Below, one piece after another: positions 41,556-52,900 of a DNA stretch of 64,000 nucleotides. Numbering within the stretch: position 1 is the stretch's first letter; every line of letters starts with the position of its first letter. The position numbers were made by a program, and so were the translations under genes. Under the pieces are notes generated by a model. It ran no database searches. It was given only the letters and a program-made list of their open reading frames with translations, and was not told the DNA's origin. The DNA comes from Amoebophrya sp. A120 (taxonomy: Eukaryota; Protista; Dinoflagellata), in contig CAJINV010000026.1 in NCBI GenBank assembly GCA_905178155.1, forward strand, positions 266,289 through 330,288, read 5' to 3'.

Positions 41556-41956
41556 AACTGGTCCACGTCGAGATTGCGGCGCGCCGTATTTTGTATTCTT
41601 TCCTCTGCAGCCGTGCGGCCCAAAAACACAATCGGAGCTTCTCGATCACCAATGACGTTCGTGAAGTTGTGTCTGATATCGTTGGAGTTTCGTTCTATTA
41701 GATCCCGGAGATCGTCGCCGTCTAAAAGTTGTCTTGCCCCTCTCACTACTTGCGCTGGTTGACCGGTGCGAAAACGGCGGTAGTTTGGGAAGCGAAGATC
41801 TGGACGGTTCACCAAGTTGCAGCACTGAATGGAGCCGATCAGATCGCGTTCTCCGCTTGGTAGATAGTTGCTGTGCCGGTCGATAATAATTATCACTCCT
41901 CTTCTCCAGTGTCGTTGATGCCAAACAGGTTCAAGATTTCGGATATCCGTGTGCAA
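41522..41956 (-). CDS. Accessory ORF, unknown; may be a frameshifted N-terminus of the RING protein
   Basis: 144-codon ORF overlapping the RING ORF start. Confidence 0.35.
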   Translation of the reverse strand: MHTDIRNLEPVWHQRHWRRGVIIIIDRHSNYLPSGERDLIGSIQCCNLVNRPDLRFPNYRRFRTGQPAQVVRGARQLLDGDDLRDLIERNSNDIRHNFTNVIGDREAPIVFLGRTAAEERIQNTARRNLDVDQFCTSIRAFVKS

Positions 41957-42360
41957 TTGCTCGAGATTGATTCAGGTAGTTATAAAGTAAGCCGCTCTCG
42001 ATGGTAACAGTAGGCGGAAAGTAATCGCGACGTGGTTGATCAGGAGCTTGCTGGTTTTGCATACGGCGCGCTGGAGGTAAAAGCTTTTGGTAGTATCTGC
42101 TTCTTTTTTAGCACGCGGATCGAACGAAGGCAGTCACTTCATCGATGCCAAGGCTTATTGTTTTTCTTGCTTCTTCTAGTTGATCGACAATGAAATCTTG
42201 CAGCGCGGAAAGCATAAAATTAGACAAAAATCACCTGGGTGATTTGTCTTTACAGACAAAATCACTTTCCTGCTTCTTGCTCAGCACAAACTGGCGCGGT
42301 ATGTACGGCAGGTAGTGCTTGCTGCTCTTCGGTTTTCGACGTGACGGAGGTTTACTAGGC

Positions 42361-42374
42361 TCTGGCGCTCACCA
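42361..42374 (-). promoter_or_regulatory. Putative primer binding site
   Basis: TGGTGAGCGCCAGA directly abuts the 5' LTR end; TGG complements tRNA CCA; the cognate tRNA was not identified. Confidence 0.6.
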
Positions 42375-45300
42375 TACCAGAAATGGATCACAGTCCGATT
42401 CTGTAATGCGTGAACAACCGACAGAGATTCCCCGATGAACCGACGTAGACGACGACGCGACGGACGACGGACGCCGGACGTACGGACGACGGAACCGATG
42501 AGAAGTCAGCTCGTCTTCTCCACAATGACCATACGATTTTGCTGAAGAATAATTTTTCACACGAAGTGAAAATCACGACCGAGTTGACCGATGATTTTGG
42601 TTTTAGTTTTAGTTGTACAAACGCAAGAGAAAAGCCGCCATATCCCGTAAAAATGCAATAGAGTTGCAACATAGACGATCCGGAAAGGAAGGCCGTTTGT
42701 TATTTTTTTGGATATTTTTCCTTGCGGGTACAGTGAGAAAAAAGCTGTATTCCGAAGAGCAAACAAGTTTCTCAGCAATCCTATTCTGTTGAATTTGTGA
42801 TGCGATTTATTCTTGTCATGGTTTGTTGTTACATCGGCATCATCGTCTGGAAAACAAGAAAAAAATCTCTCCATATTTCCTTAGTTTTACTTGCTTTTTC
42901 CTTCACCAAAAAAACATAATTGAATGCTAAATGCTCGCGTTAGTTCTCCTAGTGCTACATCGTGCGAGAAAAAAAGAATTCCCTCGCTTCGTTGTCCACC
43001 AAAAAACATTGATAACACAGAATAAGAATAAGGCATAGTTTCTGTATAAGACCTGTTGTCCACTTGGCACGAAGAAAAAACAGAAGAAATTTCGTCGATG
43101 TGGAGGCCAAATACTTTTGCATACTAGACTTACGCGAGGACAAAAAAGATTATTGCGAAAACGTGCTAGATGCTTTCTACGATTAGTTGTAATTGTTTCA
43201 ACCGTTCACCAAAACTTGACTTCACAAAAACTCCCCAAAACGACTGCTGTTCTTTCCGGCAGCGGCGCCAGCCGCGGACGACGTCGATCCCCCGACGCAG
43301 CCCCTGACGAAGGTTTTCTTTTCCATCGTTTTCCCTCCGTTCGACGTACTCGATTGTCCTGCTGTTGACCGCTCGTGGATGGCGTGGCGGTCCTTGCTGT
43401 CGGGGACAAAACCGCATAACTGGTCCGGGGTGACCGTCTCAAGCCACTGCAAAGATGTAAACTTATCTTTGCCGCGTGGACCGCATTCGAGACTGGCCTG
43501 TTGGTAATCAAGTTTCCAACTGCCGTCGAGACTCTTGTATCCCGGGATCTTCAAATGACTGAGCTTGTCTATGCGTGACAAACTCGCACTCATGGCCTTG
43601 TCCGTCTCTTCCTGCATCTCCTCGGAAACCATTTTTCCTCCCTTTTCGAATTTCCTCCACCGAATAACTTCTTTCTCCAACGCAGTGCATTGAAGCTGCG
43701 TTCTATCTTGGTAGTTCTGGAACCGCTCCAGCAACTTGTCGCGCCGTTTGTTGCACAGCGCGATGGAGACTGCGTGCGCCTGCACCTGCTGCTGGTTCTG
43801 CTGCCGCAGGAGGAGGATCTCTTGATGTTGCGTCTTAGTCACCTTTTCACGCTCGGCAAAACAAGCATCAAGGTGACAGATTCCGCCTTCCGGGAAGTTG
43901 GAGGCAGTAATAGACTCGAGGCCAAGTCGTTCCCGGTCCGGCGATTCGACATTCTCCCACGGGTGGGGTGCTGGTGGAAAAGAAGTTTGTGGTCGGGCGG
44001 GAGCAAAAAGGTCGAAAGCGCTGCCGCTTTCTGACCGCACGGCGACAGGACGCAACATTCCACTTTCCCAACTACTTCCCGTCCCAAGCAGGGTTGTTTT
44101 ACCCCCAACTTGTCGGCACCGACGATCTGCAGGCTGAGGCTGCTGACATCCTCATACTTCCCCTGGCGATACGTATATTCTTCCGGCTGGAAGAGATCGG
44201 CCGGGGGTTCCACGCGTTGGCGCTTCGCGGGTGACAACTCGATGTCATCCAGAGCGTGAAGCACGTCGTCGACGTCGTGCTCCTGCATGGCCGCGGTGGA
44301 ACCAGAGGGCTTGTTGGGCGAAGCAGTGCTGTGGTGCGGAGCAGCAACAACTTCTTGGTCGGAAATCAGGCCGGTGGAAGGCAAGGAGCGGATGATCGGT
44401 CCATCATGAGCAGCGGGCACCGAAGAACTCGGCCCTTTTTCCCCGTGGTAATGACCCTTCTCCGCGACTAACTGCGGTAGCATTTCCATATCCTTTCCTT
44501 TCCCTTTCTCGGCGGGCTTGGAGTTGTACGATTCTAAGTCACGCAGCACTTTTTCGTGTTCCTTTTCGATTTCGCGGAGCAGAGCACGGGCTTCAGCGTC
44601 GCCATCTTGTTCCACCGCCGGGGCAGCGGCGGGCGCAGCAGTTGTCACTTCTTGTTTTACCGCCGGGACAACGACGGACGTAACAGCCGGAACTTCCGCT
44701 GGAGTGGACGACGCAGGCAACGTGGGATTAGTTTCCGGCTCGGGGATGCTGGGGGCAGCAGTCACCGGCGGAATCCGGTAGGGTCCAGTCGACGGCAAGA
44801 GCCACCGAGGCGGCAAGACCACCGGGCCGGGCGAGAGTATGGAACTCGATGGCGCCGGGACTTCCACATTAGCCGGAGCTTCCACATCAGCCGGAAACTC
44901 CACCTCCACTTGCTCCTCGACTGCAGTCGCATCTTGCTCAACGACCGGAGTCTGAGCCTCCTCCTGAAATTCGGCAGCGGCCGGAGCCTGAATCTGCATC
45001 GGAGCTTGCGCCACGGCATGCACCGGATGGCTCGCGGGATTGTCATCCGCGAGGAGATCATCTTCTTCGTCTTCCGGGGCACTGCTTTCTTCTTCATCCG
45101 CATTGTTGTCGGCCACTCCGGCACTTTTACCGCCAAAACCGTCTTCGTCGTTTGCGATAGCCGCTTGCTCGTCGTTGTTGCCATTTTCTTCGTTCGCGAT
45201 AGCCGCTTGCTCGTCGTTGTTGTCAGCTTCTTCTTCCACATCTTGCTCAGCTGCGGCTTCGACCGGTGGAGCGGGCTGTGCGGGGACTTCCTCGGCCGGG

Positions 45301-46616
45301 CGCGGAGTCACGAAGTCGTCGCCGGACGACTCGGAATCAGAATAATTGACGCCGGCACGCGTAAATCTTCCACGCGCGTCCCTTCCCTGCCGGCCCCGTA
45401 AGCCAACACCGCGTCCGCGTTTCGGCGGCATCTCGATGTGTGCGGACACGGCGGCGAAGAGAAAAGCAACAAAGTAACTCACTAACAAAATAAAAATCAA
45501 AACTGTCAGCGGTATCGGTATATGAGGTGAAGCGTCGTGATAGATCGAAAAATATATAGGTGCTCTCTGGTGAATTTCAAAGACAAGTAAAACTTTTTCT
45601 CAACTGTTGTTACCCGTAGGCGTAAAATTTTTACCCGAAGGCGCTGTAAACCCGAAGGCATTTTCCCTGGAAGTGTCGATTTAAAAATTGTAATGATTAA
45701 AGCTTCCCGATTGGAATTCTCGTGATATTTTTACTTCGACCTTACAGGCTGGCCAGGCTTCCACTAAAAAGAATAAGACTGATTGGCTTCGCGCCGTTGT
45801 TCTGTCGTACTTGAAAAACCTTGCGCAGGAAGATAAACATGGATCTTTTCCGGTTGAAATTGCCGTGATAAAACATCGAAGCTAGAACATAGATCCCCTC
45901 TTGACGGACGCGGCGCGCTGCTTTGCACTTAGTTAATCTTAAATTGGTGATCCTTTTGCTTCAAAGCGGCCGCATGATGCCGCTGATCTTGAAGTGAAAA
46001 AATAAAAACTAAAAAGCCGTAGCCGGAGATCAGCGGACTGCTATCCAGATGACCGCAGCCGCACTGCTTCCACCGTACGGCCACCGTCGCACCACCGTAC
46101 TCACCATGTCCGTCATATCACCGCACAAGTTGGCTTCCTTACTGTACAGCGTCAGGACCACCGTAAAAAATTCAAATTCGCCACTGCTGCAGTTGCCACG
46201 CCGCGGACTGGCTCCGCGCCGGGAATTCGGTAGCGACGGCATTTATCTTTCCGATTCCTGCTTCGCCTCGTGACACCTGGCCCCGATACGCATGCAGCCC
46301 CTCTCGTTCTGCGAGCCAAGTTATTCTTTCTCCTGTAATCGCACCTGGACCCGGTCCACCAAATTTGGTAAGCGCAGCAGACAAATTCTTCCGCTTACCG
46401 CTGTGGTGCAGCACCACCCACGAGCTTCCGTCTTTGCAGAAAACCCACAAAGGCTTGCGCAGCCGCGACTCTTCTGCATGCTCCACAATTTGTCTGATTC
46501 CAATTTCTCCCTGGTAAGACTGGACCTGTGGCGCAACTGAAGCAAAATAATTTGCAGCAGATGCAATCACTTCCAAATCACCCGGCTCAGTGGTGATTTT
46601 TGGTATATTTCCAATA
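42375..46616 (-). repeat. 5' LTR (4242 bp)
   Basis: Copy of 24378-28617, followed by TSD CAGGC. Confidence 0.92.
43222..45500 (-). pseudogene. Second copy of the LTR-encoded ORF, frameshifted near 43961
   Basis: A 5-bp duplication (gggtg) absent from the other LTR splits the ORF. Confidence 0.7.
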
Positions 46617-47829
46617 CAGGCCCCTCAAGTATGTCCACAATTTTGCAAATTTTTCAAATCTCTGCAAATATGGAAAAAGTTACCAGATTCGTGCCTGTCT
46701 GCTTTACAGGATTAAAAGATCAGGCAGAATGATTGCAATTGCATCTTTCGGCGAGTTTTTTTAAGCGATGGAATACCCGAATTATCAGAAAAGAAATTTT
46801 CAATAATTTTCAAAATCAAACAAATAGAGGAAAATTTTACAAGATAGGAAAGATCCAGCCTTGTGGATACAAACAGAGCAAAGAAATACACACAGCTTTT
46901 AAATTCAGAAGGTTTCTGGCCTGCATTCGGCAAATTTTTACCAATTCGCAAATATTTCAATTTTTTTTGAATTTTGCAAAAATACCCAAATTCTTCTTTA
47001 ATTTATGGACTTCACCACTAAAGGAAGCATATACATGATATATATTATGAGTGTGTTGATCATCCGCGTACTATATTGCATTTTATGAATTAATTTCCAC
47101 GCGGGCAAATTTTTCATTTTTTTGGATGTTGAAAATTATCAAAAATATTGGCGCAATATAGTAAAAACATTCCAGCCAATGGAAAGAGAATGCAAAACTA
47201 TATGGTGGCCCTGTTGTATATCTATGCCATGGACGCTCTTTGGCGATATTCACCACCGGGAGACTTTTTCAATTTTTGGAAATTTTTGAAAATTAGGGAA
47301 AGTCAGCATTTATGGAGCCAATCAGAGCCACAAAATACAGCAAACACAGAAAAACACAAACAGGAGTGCGCTATTTTGATTTTTATCCCAAAGTACCGCG
47401 GCCGAATCCCCTCTAGCTGAGTTTGCGAATTGCCAAGCACGCTCCCCTTCCCCCCACCATCCTTCTTCCTCCCCCCCCCCCCCTCCTCCTCCCACTCCTA
47501 ACAACGATGGAGAGGGCACCGAGTAGCCATAGAATAGCAACAGCTTGCCCCTGCGGCCGCTCCATAACTGCGCAAGCCATAACCATGACACACGCGGGCG
47601 CGGGCTACGAAACAAATGGAACGGGTCACAAACCCATCCGGGGCCCAACACCCGGGCCGACCTTTTGCCGTATCGGCGCGCGGCCCGCAGCCAGCAACAC
47701 AAGGAAGCGGCGCGCCGAAAGTTTTTAGAGCGCCACGAATCGACTCCCCCCGCGACGGGGCGCGAAGCGCAGGAAGTTCGCCAATATTCCACACCAGTGG
47801 CGAAATAGTTGCGCGCGCCCTTGCTGTCG

Positions 47830-48600
47830 CTTTTGGTATTAATACAAGGGGGAACCCGGTACCCCGGACCAGATACCCGCGGCCACATACCCTGGGACCA
47901 GATACCCTGGGACCATATACCCAGGGAACAGGTCCCCAGACAACAACCCTGCCCCCGCCAAACTGTCTCGACTTTGGGCCCACATCGTGGGCATGCATTC
48001 GCGTCTGGGTACCGGTTGCCCACATCAGGGCACTCGCGTCTGGGTACCCGGGCCGGTATCCACATCTGCGCACCGGGGGCCCCCCTCCGGGCACCCCGGT
48101 CCGGAGATGTGCCCACCCGGGTGCCCCGATGTGGATATCCAGATGTGAAACCACTTGACTTTTTGTGTGGCTCTCTGCTGACTAAAATCGAAAAGTTGGG
48201 CGCCCACATCCGGACGCGAGGTCCCCACATCCTGACACTCACATCTGGGCACCGGGCGGGTGCCCACAAACACAGGCGATACCCACATCTGGGCAGCAGA
48301 TGCGCACATTCGGGCACCGCTACCCACATGCGGCCTTCTACCACATCTGCGTACCGGATGCCCACACCCGGGAACCCGGGCACGGAGATGTGGGCAACCG
48401 GTGCCCAACTGTGGGCGTCCAGACTTGAAACCGCTTGAGTTTTCGCGTGGGTTTTTGTTCCATCCAAAATGTAAAACAAAGACGCGGACGCCCCGGTATC
48501 CAAATCGCCGGCCCGGGTGCCCACACCCGGATGTGGGTACTCGGGTGCCAGGTCCCGGGTACCTGCTCCCAGGGCACCTGGTTCCTACCTCTACCATTCC
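47830..48600. repeat. Degenerate GC-rich repeat built from GGTACC / CCACATC(T/C)GG / GATGTGG units with a ~280-bp higher-order duplication
   Basis: Recurrent cccacatc, gggtaccc/gggcaccc/gggtgccc; similar blocks at ~48130-48170 and ~48410-48450. Confidence 0.7.
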
Positions 48601-48659
48601 ATCCTATTCATAACTTCGGTCGGATGTCAATACAGAAACCCCACAGCTGTATGCAATTT

Positions 48660-49930
48660 CTCGAATAATTGTTTTCCTTTCCTCTTCCAATTCCATGGAA
48701 TTCAATCAGAGACTATAATGAAATATATCGATCACATTTCGGATTCCCATTCGGACATAGAGTCCTTACATGGACCAGGATATATTTGATTCATTTTGAA
48801 GCGAATTCCATCCGAATAGATTTTTATTTCTCCATTTTGGATCGAATACCATCGGAAATCCGAATCGGAATCAGAATCATACCCATCTACTTTCTATCGA
48901 ATTCCATCGGCGAAACAAATCGGAATCAGATTAAATTTATCCTATTTTTTTTTTTTATCTTTTATCGGAATCCATTGAGGATGGAATTCGAATCAGAAAC
49001 AGAATCGAATACAATTGATGTATTTTCACAACACACTAATCAACAACTTCAAAAATTATCAGACTTTCGAGAATTCTTCCCAACCCCATGTAGAGAATCA
49101 GAGACCAAGATCAATATCTTCCATCTTCTCTCATCTGTTTTGAATCGAATCTCATTAGATATTGATTACCCTTTGTCATTTCAAATCGAATCCCTCGAGA
49201 ATCCGAATTGGGAACGAAATCGAAACTACTTAGATTTTCGAAAATCATCGGGAATCAGAATTGGAATACATTTTATCTTTTTGCGTTCTCCCATCGAATC
49301 GCGAAACCATCCCATGGAGAAATCAGAATCACACTCGGAATTTTTTTTCTGTTTTTTATTTTTTATCGAATCCCATTCCCGATCGAATCCATTGACTCTG
49401 ATCGGGAATCCGGATAGAAGATATGAATAGAATTGATTTCATAGATTTTATTTGTGGTATTCCGATTCATTGATAAATCAGATGCACCACCTAGATCGAT
49501 CCAACCCACTGATTATGATTTTCCACCATGAATCGGATTGATTTTTTAGAGTTTTTGAATAGGATTATGAGATTTGATTTATCAAAATAGATACGATACC
49601 CTTCCAATATGGCCCAAACTCGATTTCCCAGATTTTCCATAAGAAATCCCATGAACACGAACCCCCAGAACGAGATACCTTGAATCGAATCGACAGACAA
49701 GATTTCTCTTCAGGATTTATTTCCAAAAAATTATTATCGACTTCCCCTGCTTTTGATTTCGATTTTTAATCATGAATTCTGATTGGCCTGTCATATTACG
49801 AGAAATAATTGATTAGATTGCGAACACGATGTCGAAATCGATAGAGAATTTTCATGATCATCAGGTCCAACCCGAAGATTTTCAGAGAATCAAATTCAAT
49901 TTCGGAGAAGAAACTGGGCCTACTCGAATT
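48660..49930. repeat. AT-rich low-complexity region saturated in GAATC/GATTC/ATCGA words
   Basis: Dozens of gaatc, atcgaa and tcggaatc words; GAATC orientation dominates on the left and GATT(C/T) is more frequent on the right. Confidence 0.6.
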
Positions 49931-52900
49931 CACAGATGATTAGATATCATGGAGATTGTTGAGTGTGACTTGCCATCTGGCGTTTGTCGCCATTCTTCCG
50001 TGAATCGGGCCAAATCATCATGCATTTAGAAAGAACAAACGCTGACACTTCAGGCACAGGGAGCTGCCGTGCAGTAGATCCTCCTATCGTTGCGATTGCC
50101 ACCCAGCCGCCTTTATCCTTGAAAAATAAAAGCGCATTCACACCCGAAAAAGAAATCAAAGGGTTGTATCGCTACAGTGCCGCTTGTAAAAGCTGCGTAG
50201 TGTTTGGGAGACGAAAAGGGAGGCGCATGCCTGCCCCATGCGGAGCGCATTTCTAGTGAGGTAAACGAAAAAAAATCCGTCTTGCTTGGCACGCGCTTAA
50301 AATAAGGCTTGCGTCACGTGAAAAACCGCAACAAAAATTCGCTTTCTCTCCACGAATGTACGTCTGAGGAAAACGAAAATCGGCGTCGTAGATGTAGTCT
50401 GTGCCACACCAATGCTCGCGCGGGTCTGGGTGCACACCCGGCTCTCACAGATCATGCTCAGGCTGACTCAGTGCGCGGCCGGCTTCCCACACCGTATCTG
50501 ACGCGCGCTGGGCGGGAATGCTGGAAGCTTCACTTCAGGATGTTTCCCGGGGCGGGCAACGTCAGCCCGGGCGGAGAGATATGGGGGAAAGACGTAGCCG
50601 GGTCCAGGGGCCCCGCTGTGTACTCTACTGAGCTTGCCACAGTGGGCTGGAAACCCCAACGAGGGGGCTGAGGGGGCACGGTGTGGAAGCTGTCGCAAGT
50701 AGGCTAGCGGCGTAGGGTTATGCTGACCCCCTCTCCCCCGCCCTCCGCCACGCTGAGTAAGGGCGGCAGACTTGTCACGCACATCCGTGAGCCTAAATTG
50801 CCGGCTATGCGCTGCCGCAACAGAAGCGGTCTCTAGTCCTACCTGGGAGTTTGTCATGCTAGAATCAGGATACAAAATAGAGGTGGCTTGTTTGTGATGT
50901 GGCTGCAATGGCTCAGCCGGGTCGCAGTTGCATTGCGAGCCCGAACTTGTCACGCGCAACCGGCAAAGCCTCTTGGTTTGTCTTTGCAATAAAGTCCGCA
51001 TGTTGGCTCGGGGGCGGCGGCGCGTAGACACAGAAGAAAAGCGAGCGGCGGATGGGCGAGGAATCGATGATTGACGACGCCGCGAGAAAAGGCGCTCGTA
51101 GTACACATTCAGGCACCATTCCCATCCCGGAAGAAAAAACGACAGAAACGAAATTTCTTGCTGAAGAAAGCCAAAAGAAAAACTAGTGTGATCTCCGACT
51201 GCATGAGCTTTTACGAGCGTAGCGCCCACATGTACCACTTCGACAAAACTGAAGTGATTGTTTACAATTAAGTGTGAACCCCGACGGTGTCATGTGCAAG
51301 CGTACTATTTGTGCGTGCTGGCTACGAAAGGCCGCAGTGACCTTTTACATCCTTCACGCGCAGTTGTGTTTTTTGGTACTATTTAATCGTTATTCACGAG
51401 CTAAATCGGGTCTGCGTGATGTTTTGTGACAAAAAATGAATCTAATGCCGACTCATAGTTTGCAGGAAAACTGCCGAAGGAGCCTGCAGGCTGCGCTTGC
51501 ATTGCGCGTTTCTTCGTCATCGATCTATTCGTGAGACATACTGGAGCGACGACCGTCATTCGCACGGATCCCTTATTTCTAAGTTTGGGAACAGAGGCTG
51601 CACTGCCTGCGTTTTGCACTAAATACATCAGACAATAGCAAGGGACAACTGCGATATTTATCAGGCATTCCTGGTGTGGGGCTGACATTCTTAGTCTTGT
51701 TGCTTTTATGACTTTGGCAGAAGCCACAAGGACATGGCGCGGCCACCGCAAGCAAGGCGGGCATCGTGCGGCCGCCACACGCTAGGAAGGACGCGGGCCG
51801 CGCATACAAGGAAGGCGGCCATTGGCGCCTGCCACCGCGCGCACCCGCGCGGCCTGCGGTTTTTGGGCGGGACGCTAAAAAGGCGCCAGGGAATGCGCCA
51901 CACCGCCACAACATCAGGGGGCGCGACCCAAAGTAAGACACGACGCGGCGCGGCGATGCCTGCTTGAAGGGCTACACCAGGCGCCAACGTTCGGGCCGGG
52001 CCACCCGAGAAAAGGCACACGCCCCAACAGGGGCGGGGCGGGGCGCGCAGGGGTTGGGCTGCCTCGCGCGCCTTTAGGGCGCGAAGGCAAGCAGATCCAT
52101 CGCAGCAAATGGGGGCCGGGAATGCGGGCGCCGGACTCTTCGGCGCTGCGCGCTGGAGGTATAATCTCATACCCGGGGTTGGCGACGGCGAGCAGGCGGC
52201 CAGGAGGGCAGAACCGACCGGCGCGCGAGCTGTCGGCGACGGAAGCGGCTGCCGGGCGCAAGATGGTTGAGGGTGCGCCACCTCGCAGACCGCATCGGGA
52301 TCCGCTCATTGTTGGTCGATACATACGACAGGAGGCAGCAGAAACGTGGATCAACCTAAAAGCGCACTGTAGTTGTGCTTTTTGCTTTTTGTCAAGGTCA
52401 AGGCATGTATAATCGATTTCCTCGGTTTGTTGAGACGAAGCAGAAAGGTGCTCTTCCCTGTCTTTGTATTAGCAAATCATGGTAGAAAATAAATCTGGCT
52501 TGCTTGATCAGCCGCTAACTGTGTCTGTGCGTCCGCTCCTTAGACACGCTCCTGCCCTTTCGAGGGTCTTGTATGTTTCTCGGTTTCTCATATTGTTAGA
52601 GACTTGCAGCTCGACCAACAATGAGCACTTCAGTCCACCGGAACTCGCACACGAACTGCACTGCCGGAAATGGTCTTTTGTGCGGTTCTGCGATACAGAA
52701 TCGAACAACAAGGAGAGAAAAACATGAGCGACTCCGGGCAAGAGAGAATCGGCCGCCTGCACAACGCAACACCAAGAGGTTTTGGAACGAAAATCCTCTC
52801 AGCTCGCGGCTGAAGCGCATTTGCGGTAAGAAAATTTATTTCGATTTTCAGCCACAGTTTCGCGTTCTCAGTGATTCGCTTTTGTCATGGTTTGTTCGTT

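Larger units (their letters stand above)
24378..46616 (-). mobile_element. Giant (22.2 kb) Ty1/copia-like LTR retrotransposon, full length but mutated
   Basis: Two ~4.24-kb direct repeats; perfect 5-bp TSD CAGGC at 24373-24377 and 46617-46621; TA...TA termini; TGG-initial PBS-like site; domain order gag-PR-INT-RT-RH. Confidence 0.92.

Noticed and set aside
24378-46616. Tandem duplication, head-to-tail elements or a mis-assembly instead of giant LTRs
   Set aside because: A perfect TSD flanks the outer ends, PBS-like and PPT-like sites abut the inner ends, and the copies have independent mutations.
48669-49430. 253-aa plus-strand ORF
   Set aside because: It translates a GAATC-rich low-complexity tract (I/F/S/E/R-rich) and starts at TTG.
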